A stretch of DNA of 64,000 nt from Trichoplax adhaerens. Taxonomy: Eukaryota; Animalia; Placozoa. A program made the translations under genes and the position numbers. The notes under the pieces are model-generated. The model searched no databases and was not told where the DNA came from. It was given only the letters and a program-made list of their open reading frames with translations. Below, piece by piece: positions 39,813 through 52,904 of the stretch (within the stretch, counting starts at the first letter, position 1; each line of letters opens with the position of its first letter). The stretch lies in assembly GCF_000150275.1 (NCBI RefSeq), contig NW_002060943.1, forward strand, positions 9,394,209 to 9,458,208. Direction: 5' to 3'.

Positions 39813-42800
39813 ATGGGTGAATTGTGTGTAGCCACTACCACTCAATTACGATGCCTTTTTAGTGATAGTGTGCAACATACTGTATTGTACGAGCATTCTT
39901 ATATGGCTACGTGGAATGCGGTTCGGCATCGACATCGCTATAACGTCGATGACGAAACGATTTTAGTACAAGATAGGATGATAGATACTGACTATCAAGA
40001 ATTAAGTGCAAAAGAAAATAATGTTGCTGACAATAAACAATTACCAGATCAGCTATCTGCGGAAGATATTACTGTTGATACAGTCGAAAGTTCTTGGGCA
40101 ATATTATCAGAGGTAACACTTCCCTTCTTGATTGCAGGACTAGGAACTGTTTGCGCCGGACTACTGCTGGATGTAGTGCAGGTACTGTCACAAATTGTGA
40201 AATATGTGTAGTACTACAGGACAATAGTATTAGCAAGAAGTCATCAAGAAAAAGCGAGATTAATAACAGTGGATTACCATCCTTTTAGGAGATTTAGTTA
40301 TGTAAGATGTACAATGACTTCAAAATTTACTATACTACACTACACAGTATTTCAGTTAACCGAACCTTCGACACCCCTGTTTTAAGTTACTTGTACTTAA
40401 CGATTAAACTATACGATAAAATAGAAATATCTCTATAGTACAGTATTAACACTAACAGATACTGTAGTACTATACAAAACATACGAATTAATAGTAAGTA
40501 GTAACTTACAGTACTATAATAGTACGGAACTTAACAAATGATAAATCGTAATTATAATTGCTGTGAAAGCTACTGGTCAGCTGAATTTATTTCAATTTCT
40601 TAAACGCTTTCCGCTGTTAATATCGAAATACGGTATTGGGATCAAGTGCATTAGACAGACCCAGTATATTTACATAGACTAATGCACTTGGTCCTGGTAT
40701 TGTATATTCGTAGGGACTTCGATAAAGTTTAATTTACAAATAAATTTCCAATTCGAATGCGATATATTGTACTAATTGTGCAGGCTGTACGCTTGTACAG
40801 TATGTTAGAATAAAGTAATATAACTTGCTACTATTTTCATTAACTTTGTAAACAGCATTGGCGTGTGTTCGTTCAAGTACCAGAAATTTTTATCATGGTT
40901 CCTGCGTTATTGGGTTTGAAAGGCAATTTAGAAATGACCCTTGCTTCTAGGCTTTCTACGGCGGTGAGTAGCAGTAGGAAATTGAGATTTCACAGAACTC
41001 TACTTAATGTACTGTATAGTATAGTACAGTAAAAGAGTACTGTAAATGATTTTATATTTTACATTTTAATTAGCATACACGAAGCAGTGTACTATAGATA
41101 TACATAGTCATGCACCTCTAGAACTACTAGAGATCAATGATATAGTACAGTACGGTATTACTGATACATCAATTCAAGTTTTAAGTTTTATTTATGCTTA
41201 AATCATTGTTACTGAAAGTATCATGCGATATAGTTCAGTATTAGGGATAAGCTCAATTTTTCAATTACGCTTTTGACCTGCACTTTCCTTATTAAGCTTC
41301 ATGCAAGGAGATGAACCACATCTTATATACGATTTCATATATTAATACCATATTAGGCTGATCTTCATTTGTTAGTAGCACTACGTTTCAACAGACACGT
41401 ATTTCAGTGTTTATTTACATCAGTTAAAAGTAAGAATGAAAACTGTGTCAAATTACATTCGCTATTTCTACACTGTAGTAATTAGCTAAAAGAAAACACT
41501 GATAAGAATTTTGAATATTTTATTTTTCTGTTAATTAATGATATGCAAAATCACACTGAAGAGTCGTATCTAATATCTACTTTACTATAAATAATTAATT
41601 GAACTAGCAGGAACTGTATTTATGTACTGTAATTTAGAGCTAACATCGCTTAATCTTTCAGTAGCATTTAAGCATTAGATTCTTTTACAGCTACGAATAT
41701 ATACATTAAATACCATCATTGAAAACTCCCCTAGTTCATATACCGCACTTGACAATCGTAATGAAAACTGTTAAGAATTCTCAATAGCTCTGTAGATACC
41801 GTAGCTAATCTTAAGACTACGTGTAGTTGTATACTGTGTGTATATATATTATCGCTTCACATTTTTTGTAATAGATACACTAATAGAGAATTATTAGAAT
41901 AGCCAAGAATTTCATATTTAAAGGCAGTGTGAGCATAACCACTACCCGGATTGTCTGAAAGTTACTTTTATTTAATCATCAAAATATTTGCTTGAGGGGC
42001 GCCATGTTACTAAATCTTACATTTAACTCCCTTTATTGCAAAATTATTCCTAATCGTTACGTAGTTTGTCATATCTAAAATTAGGAAAATATTTATCGTT
42101 TTACTTGTAGTCAAATTTAGGTCTTATGGATAACCCCGAAAGTAACTGGAAAATTATAACCGGAAACATTTCATTGACTCAGGTTTATATTGGCTATTGT
42201 TAGATCTTTTATCTCTGTTAAGACTTTTGATTCTAATTGCAAGAATTTGACTTTACTATTAATAACTAGATCCTTTCTGTAGTTCTATGTACTTTGTCAT
42301 ATTTTACTAATTTCTTATTTGATAGGTTCAAGCTTTAGTTGTGGGATTCTTAGCATCTCTAGCAGCTGTAATCTTCAAGTTCATAACAGATGGTCATGTC
42401 AGTATCATACATGGGCTTCTTTTGTGTACAAGCAGTTTGATTACGGCATCTCTAGCATCATTATTTCTTGGCATTATTATGGTATCAGTTATTTTGCTGT
42501 CTAAAAAATACAATATCAATCCTGACAACGTAGCTACGCCTATAGCTGCAAGTTTTGGAGATTTAATTACTTTATCCTTACTGTCTGGAATATCGAATAC
42601 CTTTTATCTTCGTTTATGTAAGTATAGACTGCAACACTATAATCTATCTAGCCTAAATAGTACACCTTACCTGTTAATTTGTTCAGTACTATGTAACATT
42701 CGAAAGTTATTACTCATGAGAATGATAATTATGCCCACTACATATGCTTGAATCTAAATCTATTACAGATAATCAACTATACCTTGCGCTATTATCAGCT

Positions 42801-43847
42801 GCTATAATTATTCTATTGTTACCGGTATTATGGATCGTGACAAGAAGAAATGAATTTACTCGAGATTTACTGTATAGCAGTTGGATCCCGATAGTATCTG
42901 CGATGATCATTAGCAGGTATTTCTTAAATTTCAGTTTCAGGCTCGCTTTCAAGAGTCGCTACGGGCAAAAAATCATTTCGTTAAACCTTTAGTTTAGGGG
43001 GCCTTATTCTCGACAAAGCAGTTTCAAAGTATCATGGCGTTGCAGTATTTAGCCCCGTCGTTAACGGTAAAAATACTCTCATTCTCATCATTCCTATACT
43101 TTCATCAGCAATCAAGTTAATGCTATCTCTGATGTGACTACATACTATATTCACTGATGTTTTGCTTTAAACACCTAAATAGGAGTTGGAGGTAATATTG
43201 CAGCTGTTCAAGCAAGTCGAATATCAACATTTTTACATCAAAGTAGTCATTTAGGCTTAGTGCCGACAGCCGAATCAGGTTCATGCGGATATTGTATAAC
43301 GAAAGGTAAGTCGTTGTAGCAAAAGATACAATCTGCTGGTAGTTATGTATTAATTGGGTTCATTTTCTTGCAATCGTTTTTAATAGGCATACATCTTCGA
43401 TCAGCTCTACTATTATACTCCCTTGTTGTTCCTGGGCATATGATTTTCTTATACATAATTAGTTATCTCGGAGCCGGGCACGCTACATATACGCTAGTAT
43501 TTTGTTTATTTTACTTGATTATTACTCTTATTCAAGTAAGGAAGTAGGCAATGCAATATTTTCAACTTAAACGTAACAAATAAAATTTAATACTTTTCAG
43601 TTCTACGTCATTCATGATATAATTGGCTGACATAGTGATTCCTTAATATTCTGTCTGACTACAGGTTGCTCTCTTACTTATCTGTACGAACTGGCTCGTA
43701 TTTAAGTTTTGGGAGTGGGAATGTGATCCGGATAACTATGCTATTCCTTATCTCACCGCCTTAGGAGATCTGGTCGGCACCGGTTTATTGGCCGCTGCGT
43801 TTGTAGTGATTGAAAAATTAAATAATGCGTCACTAGCAAATACTTAG
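39813..43847 (+). CDS. SLC41A: SLC41 family (MgtE-like) magnesium transporter; exons 39813 (or 39903)-40181, 40856-40963, 42111-42182, 42326-42617, 42769-42916, 42993-43066, 43183-43305, 43387-43535, 43665-43847
   Basis: Motifs [83 protein letters not shown] and [16 protein letters not shown] are diagnostic of SLC41. Confidence 0.96.
40624..40710 (+). ncRNA. Candidate structured RNA: long intronic stem-loop (pre-miRNA/hpRNA-like)
   Basis: 40628-40654 pairs continuously with 40679-40705 (27 bp: 21 Watson-Crick, 6 G-U), plus 4 more bp after a 1-nt bulge; 24-nt loop. The structure is seen in sequence; expression is unknown. Confidence 0.4.
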
Positions 43848-44508
43848 CTTCAACTTGTCAATTATAGTTAATTATTGTTATGCTATCTGAATGGCAATCA
43901 CTCCTATATTTATTAATATCTAAAAATTTATTCTCAAAATGAACTATTATATTTTATGCGTCATATCAAGAAATTTAATATAATATCGCCAAGGGTAATC
44001 TCTAGGCTAAATGAAGTTTATTACACACAAATGGCTGCTAGTTTTAATTGGAATGACTGAAGCCTTTATCTTAATCTGCGTTTAATTTATAATATACTGT
44101 ATATTAGGTGTAGGTTAATTATTGTAAATATGTAAATTAAATAATTCTCGTATGCATCGAATCGATTTGAATTAAAAGTCTTATTCTAGCGCCTAATACA
44201 CGATGAATTTGAAGTATTAGTACATTTATAGTATTTCATGATTACCTATAATAATTCAGATGAGTGATGATCACACAGTACACTATATTAATTATATAAT
44301 TATTTAATGTATATTTACGATATCTCTATATACAGTATATAATTATACGAGTACTCGTATATTTATAACATAATAAACTTTAAACTTTTAATGTCTTTTT
44401 AATACCATGAGAACAATTTCTTTCTGTAATGATGAGTTTTAATATACAAGTACAATTATATGCACACCTGCAGCAGCAGTTGTCTCACATTACAATTAGC
44501 AGTTACCA

Positions 44509-45869
44509 GTATTCTGCATTTGAACTTTGTTCGATTTAACCGAATACGCTGCCTGGGCTTTGCCTCTCGCCCTGAAAAGTGTGCAGTCAAATGAAGCCCA
44601 TGCACGCGTAGAACCCATGCAAAAGTCTAATTTTTTGTAGTATACTGTAGATCAATCTACTCAAGTAAAAGCCTATTTCCCAGTCTTCATTCAAAGTTCA
44701 TGATATCGAATTGCCTTATTTATTCTATTCCTTATTTGCGTACACACACACAATTGGAAGTCGATGATAGCAACAGTTTAGGATCTTGAGCTGCAATGGT
44801 CCAGTATCACTAACTAAAATGATCACAGTGTACTGTACGTATATGCACCGACGTACTGACCGCACCGTGAGATTGTCACTATGAGTATTGTACGGGCTTA
44901 ACGTCCTATCATTTCACTAAAACAGAGATATCACAGTTCAATTTCAAATTGGCAATATTTGTTAGAAGCAATGATGGTCACTGTGAGTATTCTACGGGCT
45001 TAACGTCCTATCATTTCACTAAAACAGAGATATCACAGTTCAATTTCAAATTGGTAATATTTGTTAGAAGCAATGATGGTCACTGTGAGTATTCTACGGG
45101 CTTAACGTCCTATCATTTCACTAAAACAGAGATATCACAGTTCAATTTCAAATTGGTAATATTTGTTAGAAGCAATGATGGTCACTATGAGTATTCTACG
45201 GGCTTAACGTCCTTGTTACTATCATTTCACTAAAACAGAGATATCATAGTTCAATTTCAAATTGGTAATATTTGTTAGAAGCAATGATGGTCACTATGAG
45301 TATTCTACGGGCTTAACGTCCTTGTTACTATCATTTCACTAAAACAGAGATATCACAGTTCAATTTCAAATTGGCAATATTTGTTAGAAGCAATGATGGA
45401 CAAAGTTTTCCTTTTCGACTTTCATATTTTCACTCAAGATACCGTAGAAATGCAGTCTTAACGCCTGTATACAGTAGAAAACTATCGATTGCACACTGTA
45501 CAGTACAGTACAGAAAGGCGAGTCACACTTACAGTACTGTAGTGTACAAAGTACAGTAAAGACTAAGTTCCAGTAATACTGTAGCAATACAGGACAGTGT
45601 ACTGTACACACTTTCAAAGAGTCTACAGTACATCCTCTACAGTGTACAGTGTACAGTACGACTCAGTGAACACGGTACAGCATTGTACAATGTACTGTAC
45701 TGGATACAGTATCGATCGGCAACGACTGCTGTGATGACAACATGTGATGGGGTGATTTTTAACGCAGGCGCCCATTCAAGTCGGACAGCCTTGAGAGGAG
45801 AAGTTGAGTTTACAAATGACGATTATCCAGTATAACGAGGAAGAAGTTTTAAAGGCTTTACCTCCATAG
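44509..45869. repeat. Duplicated segment, copy 1 (copy 2 at 45920-47689); includes the first ~18 codons of CERS1 (ATG 45816)
   Basis: Near-identical sequence on both sides of the N gap; the length difference of 409 bp equals 4 x 102 + 1. Confidence 0.95.
44875..45399. repeat. 102-bp minisatellite, 5 units (last two are 109 bp)
   Basis: GTCACT unit starts at 44875, 44977, 45079, 45181 and 45290. Confidence 0.97.
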
Positions 45870-45919
45870 NNNNNNNNNNNNNNNNNNNNNNNNNNNNNNN
45901 NNNNNNNNNNNNNNNNNNN
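45870..45919. other. Assembly gap (50 N)
   Basis: Run of n characters. Confidence 0.99.
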
Positions 45920-46285
45920 GTATTCTGCATTTGAACTTTGTTCGATTTAACCGAATACGCTGCCTGGGCTTTGCCTCTCGCCCTGAAAAGTGTGCAGTCA
46001 AATGAAGCCCATGCACGCGTAGAACCCATGCAAAAGTCTAATTTTTTGTAGTATACTGTAGATCAATCTACTCAAGTAAAAGCCTATTTCCCAGTCTTCA
46101 TTCAAAGTTCATGATATCGAATTGCCTTATTTATTCTATTCCTTATTTGCGTACACACACACAATTGGAAGTCGATGATAGCAACAGTTTAGGATCTTGA
46201 GCTGCAATGGTCCAGTATCACTAACTAAAATGATCACAGTGTACTGTACGTATATGCACCGACGTACTGACCGCACCGTGAGATT

Positions 46286-47218
46286 GTCACTATGAGTATT
46301 CTACGGGCTTAACGTCCTATCATTTCTCTAAAACAGAGATATCACAGTTCAATTTCAAATTGGCAATATTTGTTAGGAGCAATGATGGTCACTATGAGTA
46401 TTCTACGGGCTTAACGTCCTATCATTTCTCTAAAACAGAGATACCACAGTTCAATTTCAAATTGGCAATATTTATTAGGAGCAATGATGGTCACTATGAG
46501 TATTCTACGGGCTTAACGTCCTATCATTTCACTAAAACAGAGATACCACAGTTCAATTTCAAATTGGCAATATTTATTAGGAGCAATGATGGTCACTATG
46601 AGTATTCTACGGGCTTAACGTCCTATCATTTCTCTAAAACAGAGATATCACAGTTCAATTTCAAATTGGCAATATTTGTTAGAAGCAATGATGGTCACTA
46701 TGAGTATTCTACGGGCTTAACGTCCTATCATTTCACTAAAACAGAGATATCACAGTTCAATTTCAAATTGGTAATATTTGTTAGAAGCAATGATGGTCAC
46801 TGTGAGTATTCTACGGGCTTAACGTCCTATCATTTCACTAAAACAGAGATATCACAGTTCAATTTCAAATTGGTAATATTTGTTAGAAGCAATGATGGTC
46901 ACTGTGAGTATTCTACGGGCTTAACGTCCTATCATTTCACTAAAACAGAGATATCACAGTTCAATTTCAAATTGGTAATATTTGTTAGAAGCAATGATGG
47001 TCACTATGAGTATTCTACGGGCTTAACGTCCTTGTTACTATCATTTCACTAAAACAGAGATATCATAGTTCAATTTCAAATTGGTAATATTTGTTAGAAG
47101 CAATGATGGTCACTATGAGTATTCTACGGGCTTAACGTCCTTGTTACTATCATTTCACTAAAACAGAGATATCACAGTTCAATTTCAAATTGGCAATATT
47201 TGTTAGAAGCAATGATGG
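46286..47218. repeat. 102-bp minisatellite, 9 units (last two are 109 bp)
   Basis: Unit starts at 46286, 46388, 46490, 46592, 46694, 46796, 46898, 47000 and 47109. Confidence 0.97.
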
Positions 47219-47284
47219 ACAAAGTTTTCCTTTTCGACTTTCATATTTTCACTCAAGATACCGTAGAAATGCAGTCTTAACGCC

Positions 47285-47532
47285 TGTATACAGTAGAAAA
47301 CTATCGATTGCACACTGTACAGTACAGTACAGAAAGGCGAGTCACACTTACAGTACTGTAGTGTACAAAGTACAGTAAAGACTAAGTTCCAGTAATACTG
47401 TAGCAATACAGGACAGTGTACTGTACACACTTTCAAAGAGTCTACAGTACATCCTCTACAGTGTACAGTGTACAGTACGACTCAGTGAACACGGTACAGC
47501 ATTGTACAATGTACTGTACTGGATACAGTATC
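47285..47532. repeat. TACAGT/CTGTA-rich tract upstream of CERS1
   Basis: Dense TACAG/GTAC tiling between the minisatellite and the ATG; duplicated at ~45466-45712. Confidence 0.8.
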
Positions 47533-47634
47533 GATCGCCAACGACTGCTGAGATGACAACATGTGATGGGGTGATTTTTAACGCAGGCGCCCATTCAAGT
47601 CGGACAGCCTTGAGAGGAGAAGTTGAGTTTACAA

Positions 47635-50600
47635 ATGACGATTATCCAGTATAACGAGGAAGAAGTTTTAAAGGCTTTACCTCCTATAGACGAGGAGCCT
47701 AATTTACTAAAAGTTTTTATTAAATGTTATCAAACAGCGATATCGCTATGGGATTCGCGAATGGCTAACGGTAAATGGAAAGCCGGTTTTCTGGACGAAT
47801 TCCTGCACTATTCTTATTTCAAAATGGACGAACTTTTCATTGTATTACTGGCTGCTATTGCGATAACACTTGTCCGTTATTTGTTTACTGTCCACATTTC
47901 AGTCGTAAGTATTGCTCCAACTCAATAATACTGAGATCAAACTGAATGTAGGCTTAATCAACTGTTTCAATTTGATTTGATATCATTATTTTATACGATC
48001 GATGATGATCCAAAATGGGATGATACGAAATAGTTTACAGTACAGTACATGGATTGAGTGTACAATCTATGCCTGCGTGTATGGATACTGTATTCTATAC
48101 AGTACAGTATCTATAGTTACCTATACATTCGGTACAGTTACACGTGTATAAAGGTGGTGTTGGAACCCTACGGACAATGCGATCTTTTGAAGGCAAACGA
48201 GCTTAATCCGATCGCAAATCAATACAAATCTGTTCATACCCATTTCTCCCAATCGTTGCCATTAAGTTAATCAAGATTCACCAAAGCCATCTTCATGCCT
48301 TTCACAGTTTTCCTCCCTAGTTCTACTGTACAGAACGTCGTAGTGGTGCCTAGAGAGAGAGAGAGAGAGAGAGAGACTGATAGTAAAATACAGTTACAGT
48401 GTTATGTATTGAAATTGTTGAAATTTCGATAGTATTCACTCTTTTGAACTGTATCGTTGGGTAGATATGGAAAAAATGAAATGGACCTTCTACAGTAACG
48501 AGTAGTTAGTTACAAGTCTCATCGCTGCTGAATGATATTCCTCTTTTTATTTTTCTGTTTGCCATTTGTTCGCCAATAAGTTTAGATTGCTACATTATAG
48601 ACAAACAGGTATCGTCTTTTGTACGACCAACTTCTCAAGCAAGATCCATAGGATACGATTATGTTAGCCACCGTATGTGATCAACTGGCTGAGAAGATGA
48701 ACATTGAAGATCGCGCAATACAGTAGAATGAGTTTGCAGTAAGATTTGAATTTCAACGCCTTTAGTGCCCTTCACCGACTCAAAAATCGTCTACACTAAA
48801 ATCCTGCATGAACATACAATCGTACTGTAGTATACAATGAAATGATCTAGTAACTACCTGTCATTTTTGCCGATACCTTCTTGCAGGTAGAGTAGCCGAA
48901 ACGTAACAAGTTACTTTCTTGTCATCACCTATGACTTCTCCCATCTTTCATAAACGCGTCCATTAATGATCAATCTATTTTAGTTAAAATGTTTTCAAAT
49001 ATTACATCACACTATACAATCAGCAAATCGAAAATCTTCATAATTTCACCAACAAGCTGAAACTATAATTTTCGCTAATTATACTTGATGTATTCCAATC
49101 GTATACAGTTGAAGTAGCTGATACTCGCTTTTTGAACATACGTCTTACGCGTAAGGTTTCAGTAACGAGGCAAGTTGAAAATGTGTAGACGCTGCTGTTC
49201 TTTTACATACTCTACATTAAAATTGAATTATCGTATGCGCTATTGGGTATAATGGACACAGTAAAGCTTCATGGAATCTCACTTTCTTCCTCTGTCAATT
49301 TACCCTGAAATTTTTCCCCAAAAATCCGTAAAGAAGAGTGGATTGGGGAGTAGACTAGCTAACTTTGTTTGAACGCCTGATTGATACGATACTTTCAAGT
49401 TATTACTGTAGTGTGAGCCTAATCTTCTTGATTCCAACAATCAATCATTTTTACATCCGGATTCTGAAAAGATATTTTACTAACGGTGCAATTATCCAGT
49501 CACATTTCACATTCTTGGTGTAGTTTGTACTAAAATCAGAAGTGAAAGCTACGCATTAGTATCTTCCTATTGAGTAAACCGCTTAAATACCCATTACCCA
49601 TCGACAACTAATTAATTAACCTTAATTTATTTACTTCTTTAATTAAAGCTCATACTAAAACTTTAAAATAGAAAGATCAAAGATTCGAACACGCTAAATT
49701 AGGCCAATTATCATAATAGTTCATGCAAGCTATTGAATATTGAATAAAATGAGATAACTTAAAGAATCTAAATTTGAACGATGTAAAGTTAAGACTTGAA
49801 CTGAAATCTAGATCCCCTCAGAATGCATTAGAAGCATATTCCAGCGAGTGCGGTACTTTAGCCCTATTCAATAAAATACTGAGTAGGTGTATAGTAGTCA
49901 CGGATTCACAGTAACTGCGTAGTAGGGTTCGGCAGACTTGAATGTTTATTCTAGAAATATCGTTAAAACGCGTGTTTTGGTTGAATCATTGCTTGGTTTA
50001 TCATTTAATTAGAAAAGGATTGCTATAAAATGACTTTATACCGGCGTATCAAAAACCGATTTAGTACGAGAATCGCATAGTGAATACACTCGATGATCCA
50101 ATACAGCACTATATGAGTATATAATAACCTCAATCATGTGAAGCCTATTGCCCGTATGTATTTACTTCTCATGGACATATGGAAGAATCACTGTAACTTC
50201 TAGTGAAATCTTTTTATCCAAAGTACAAAATTTTCTTGTAGTCTTTCATGGTATTATTAAAGTAAAGTGATGAAATGCTGACTTACCTGTTAATAAGAAA
50301 GGTAGCTAATTCCCATTCGTAACTGTAGGTCATTCTGTATACGTAATACGTACACTAAAATAGGGTAATAATAAAAAAGTTAAAGTATACTGTACTATAT
50401 ACAGTAGTTCATATCATATTCTTTACAATGAGCACAGTATATAACAATTGTACCTTCGCAATTGCATATCATTGAAATGATTAACGATCGCAATTTAATG
50501 TGTATCCTTATTGTTAACTTCTTAATCTCGTAAAGCCAAATTTCGAAAATATAAGGGCATTTGATTGAAAGTAGAGTTAGGGCAGATAATGTGGACATGT

Positions 50601-52904
50601 GATTATCATGCTAAGTTTCGCTTGATTCTTACTAGATGCTGATGAATAAGGAGAATTTGTAATGTTATGATAGTTATGGAAGTTATATATATCAGAATAA
50701 AACATGTTTCACATACATTAAGCCAATGCGACTGCATACATAACTATGCCAAATGATAAGACCTGATAATTCACACTGTAAGAAAAGAGGTTGATATACT
50801 GATGGTAATTCCTCTGCATGGATTACTACTACATGTACGACAATGCTTTTAGGATCGATACCTCCTTCGGGCTCTGTCCTAATAACTAGATGATTACTAT
50901 GGCACACCAACTTCACATTACAATTCATTTCAGTAGACCACTATAGTGAATTGTAGTACTGCACTACATACTGGAGAGAACGTAAAATATATTCTACATT
51001 AAATTGAGTCCTATGATCTTTGAACGCTTGTAGAATTAATTAGTATTACCATTCGTGCCAAAGTATAGAGGACCACTTACAGTTATAAATGCCGTAGAGG
51101 CGTGACGTGACATTTCGATGAACAGCGTACCTAAAATTTTTGCTATAACGTATAATTTTAATTTCAGTAAACTACTGTTAACCCAGATATTGAAAAGCTT
51201 AGCACATACTATACGAGTACGAGTATAGTATATAGCTAGGGAAGTTTACCACAATCATATCGTAACTGTACCTGTGCGGAAATCGGTCAGTTTGATCACA
51301 CTTATTAGCTACAATGTAATATTATATTTAATAACTGATTGGCTAGTTTGTAACAGTCTATGGAGGACATCACGCACCATATGATTTTTATTCTGTGAAG
51401 TATCTATGTAATCAGTAAATAAATAGCGAAATGATGAATCGCAGTGAGGGGTATTGATTAATTATATTAACTCGATTATGTAGCAAGACAAATCCATTAG
51501 CTTTGTATAACAAATGACTAGCGCAAACTAATGTCATTAGATTTGAAAGATAGATTATAATATATCAGTTACATAATCTGAAAATGACGTAGAATATTAA
51601 TGTGAAATTGTTTTTTATTATGACTCATTTTACAAATTACAACAAACGATAGTCCACATGTAGTTCGTAACTTACTAATAAATAATGATATCTTCGCAGC
51701 CCTTGGCAAATTATCTTCAACTATCAGAATTGAATAAGAGAAAATTCCCCGAAAGTTTGTGGAAATTTGCATTTTATTTGGTATCATGGGGCTATTGTTA
51801 TTATTTAGTTATGGAAGCTGGCTACAACATTGTAGATGACCCCACTAATTGCTTTAAAGGTAAGTGGATATACGCTTATCTTAGTGTTACGTGATTGATA
51901 TGATTTAAAACTAAGTTTAATCTCTAACTCGCAGATTTCAAAAGAGGAATGGATGTTCCTACGGATTTTAAGATATTATATCTTATTCAAGGATCTTTTT
52001 ATGTTCACTCATTTTACGCTACCTTATACATGGACGAAAGAAGGAAAGATACGTGGGTTATGCTTATACATCATGCAGTTGCTGATTCGCTGCTTTTTTT
52101 TTCCTATTCTGTTAGGTAAGCTACTTATTATAGGCTAGATATATTTTTTAGAAAGGAGGATCATAATTTCGCCAGACGTATGTATTAAAACGTTCTAATT
52201 AATCTCTACATCAATTGAGCAGATACTACAAAATTGCAGCACTTGTTATATTCACCCACGATATCACTGATATCTGCCTCGAGTTTGCTAAAGTCGCCCA
52301 CTATATGAAACTTCGTGGTGGTAAAAGTTACCAGTCCTTTGATATCATTTCTTCAGTATTTTTCCTTTTTTTCTCTTTTTTATGGTACTTAAAATTTATT
52401 TCAAAGATTTACAAACAACTATGATTGATTAGGAACATAAAGAAGAATAATAACTTCGCTTATATCTTGACAGGATGGTATTTAGGCTGTACTTATACCC
52501 TATTAAAGTTTTATATACCGCTGGACATTTAGCAGCTTACATAATCCCGGATGGGCCGTTCTATTACAGCCTAAACAGTTTGTTATGGATACTTTTCGCC
52601 ATGAATATATATTGGTTTGGGTTTATATCGACATCATTAATCAAAATTGCATTTGGATTGGAGAAAGAAATCCGGGATTCTCGAGAAGATGAAGAAGAAG
52701 AAACAGTTGATAGAATAATTACGAAAGAAACTCATCAGGTATGTGTAGTATTCTTGAATATATCATTTGAAGGAAATTAACAAGAGTAAAATATCTTTTC
52801 GAAAGCAGAATTCTTTGAATCATACTGAAAATAATACAAGTGGTAAGAATCATTCGGATACCAATTCATCTACCTCGAAAAATGATATTCGGCGCCGACA
52901 TTAA
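47635..52904 (+). CDS. CERS1: Ceramide synthase 1 (LASS1-type, TLC domain, no homeodomain); exons 47635-47904, 51700-51859, 51935-52115, 52223-52384, 52474-52738, 52809-52904
   Basis: KFPESLWKFAFY, LIQGSFYVHSFYATLYMDERRKD, the Lag1 motif RKDTWVMLIHH...HDITDICLEFAK, and DSREDEEE. The first two match recalled CERS1-specific text (MPESAWKF, QGSFYGHSIYATLYMD). Exon phases are consistent. Confidence 0.94.
48352..48376. repeat. (AG)n microsatellite in CERS1 intron 1
   Basis: About 12 AG units seen directly. Confidence 0.9.

Noticed and set aside
44344-44361. Perfect short palindromes (TATACGAGTACTCGTATA; also TGTACAATGTACATTGTACA at 3113-3132)
   Set aside because: Expected in AT-rich, GTAC-rich DNA; no flanking element structure.
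45816-45869. Second CERS1 gene or pseudogene
   Set aside because: Only 18 codons abutting the N gap inside the duplicated segment; best explained as an assembly or haplotype artefact.
45823-46029. ORF spanning the Ns
   Set aside because: Artefact of translating through the gap.
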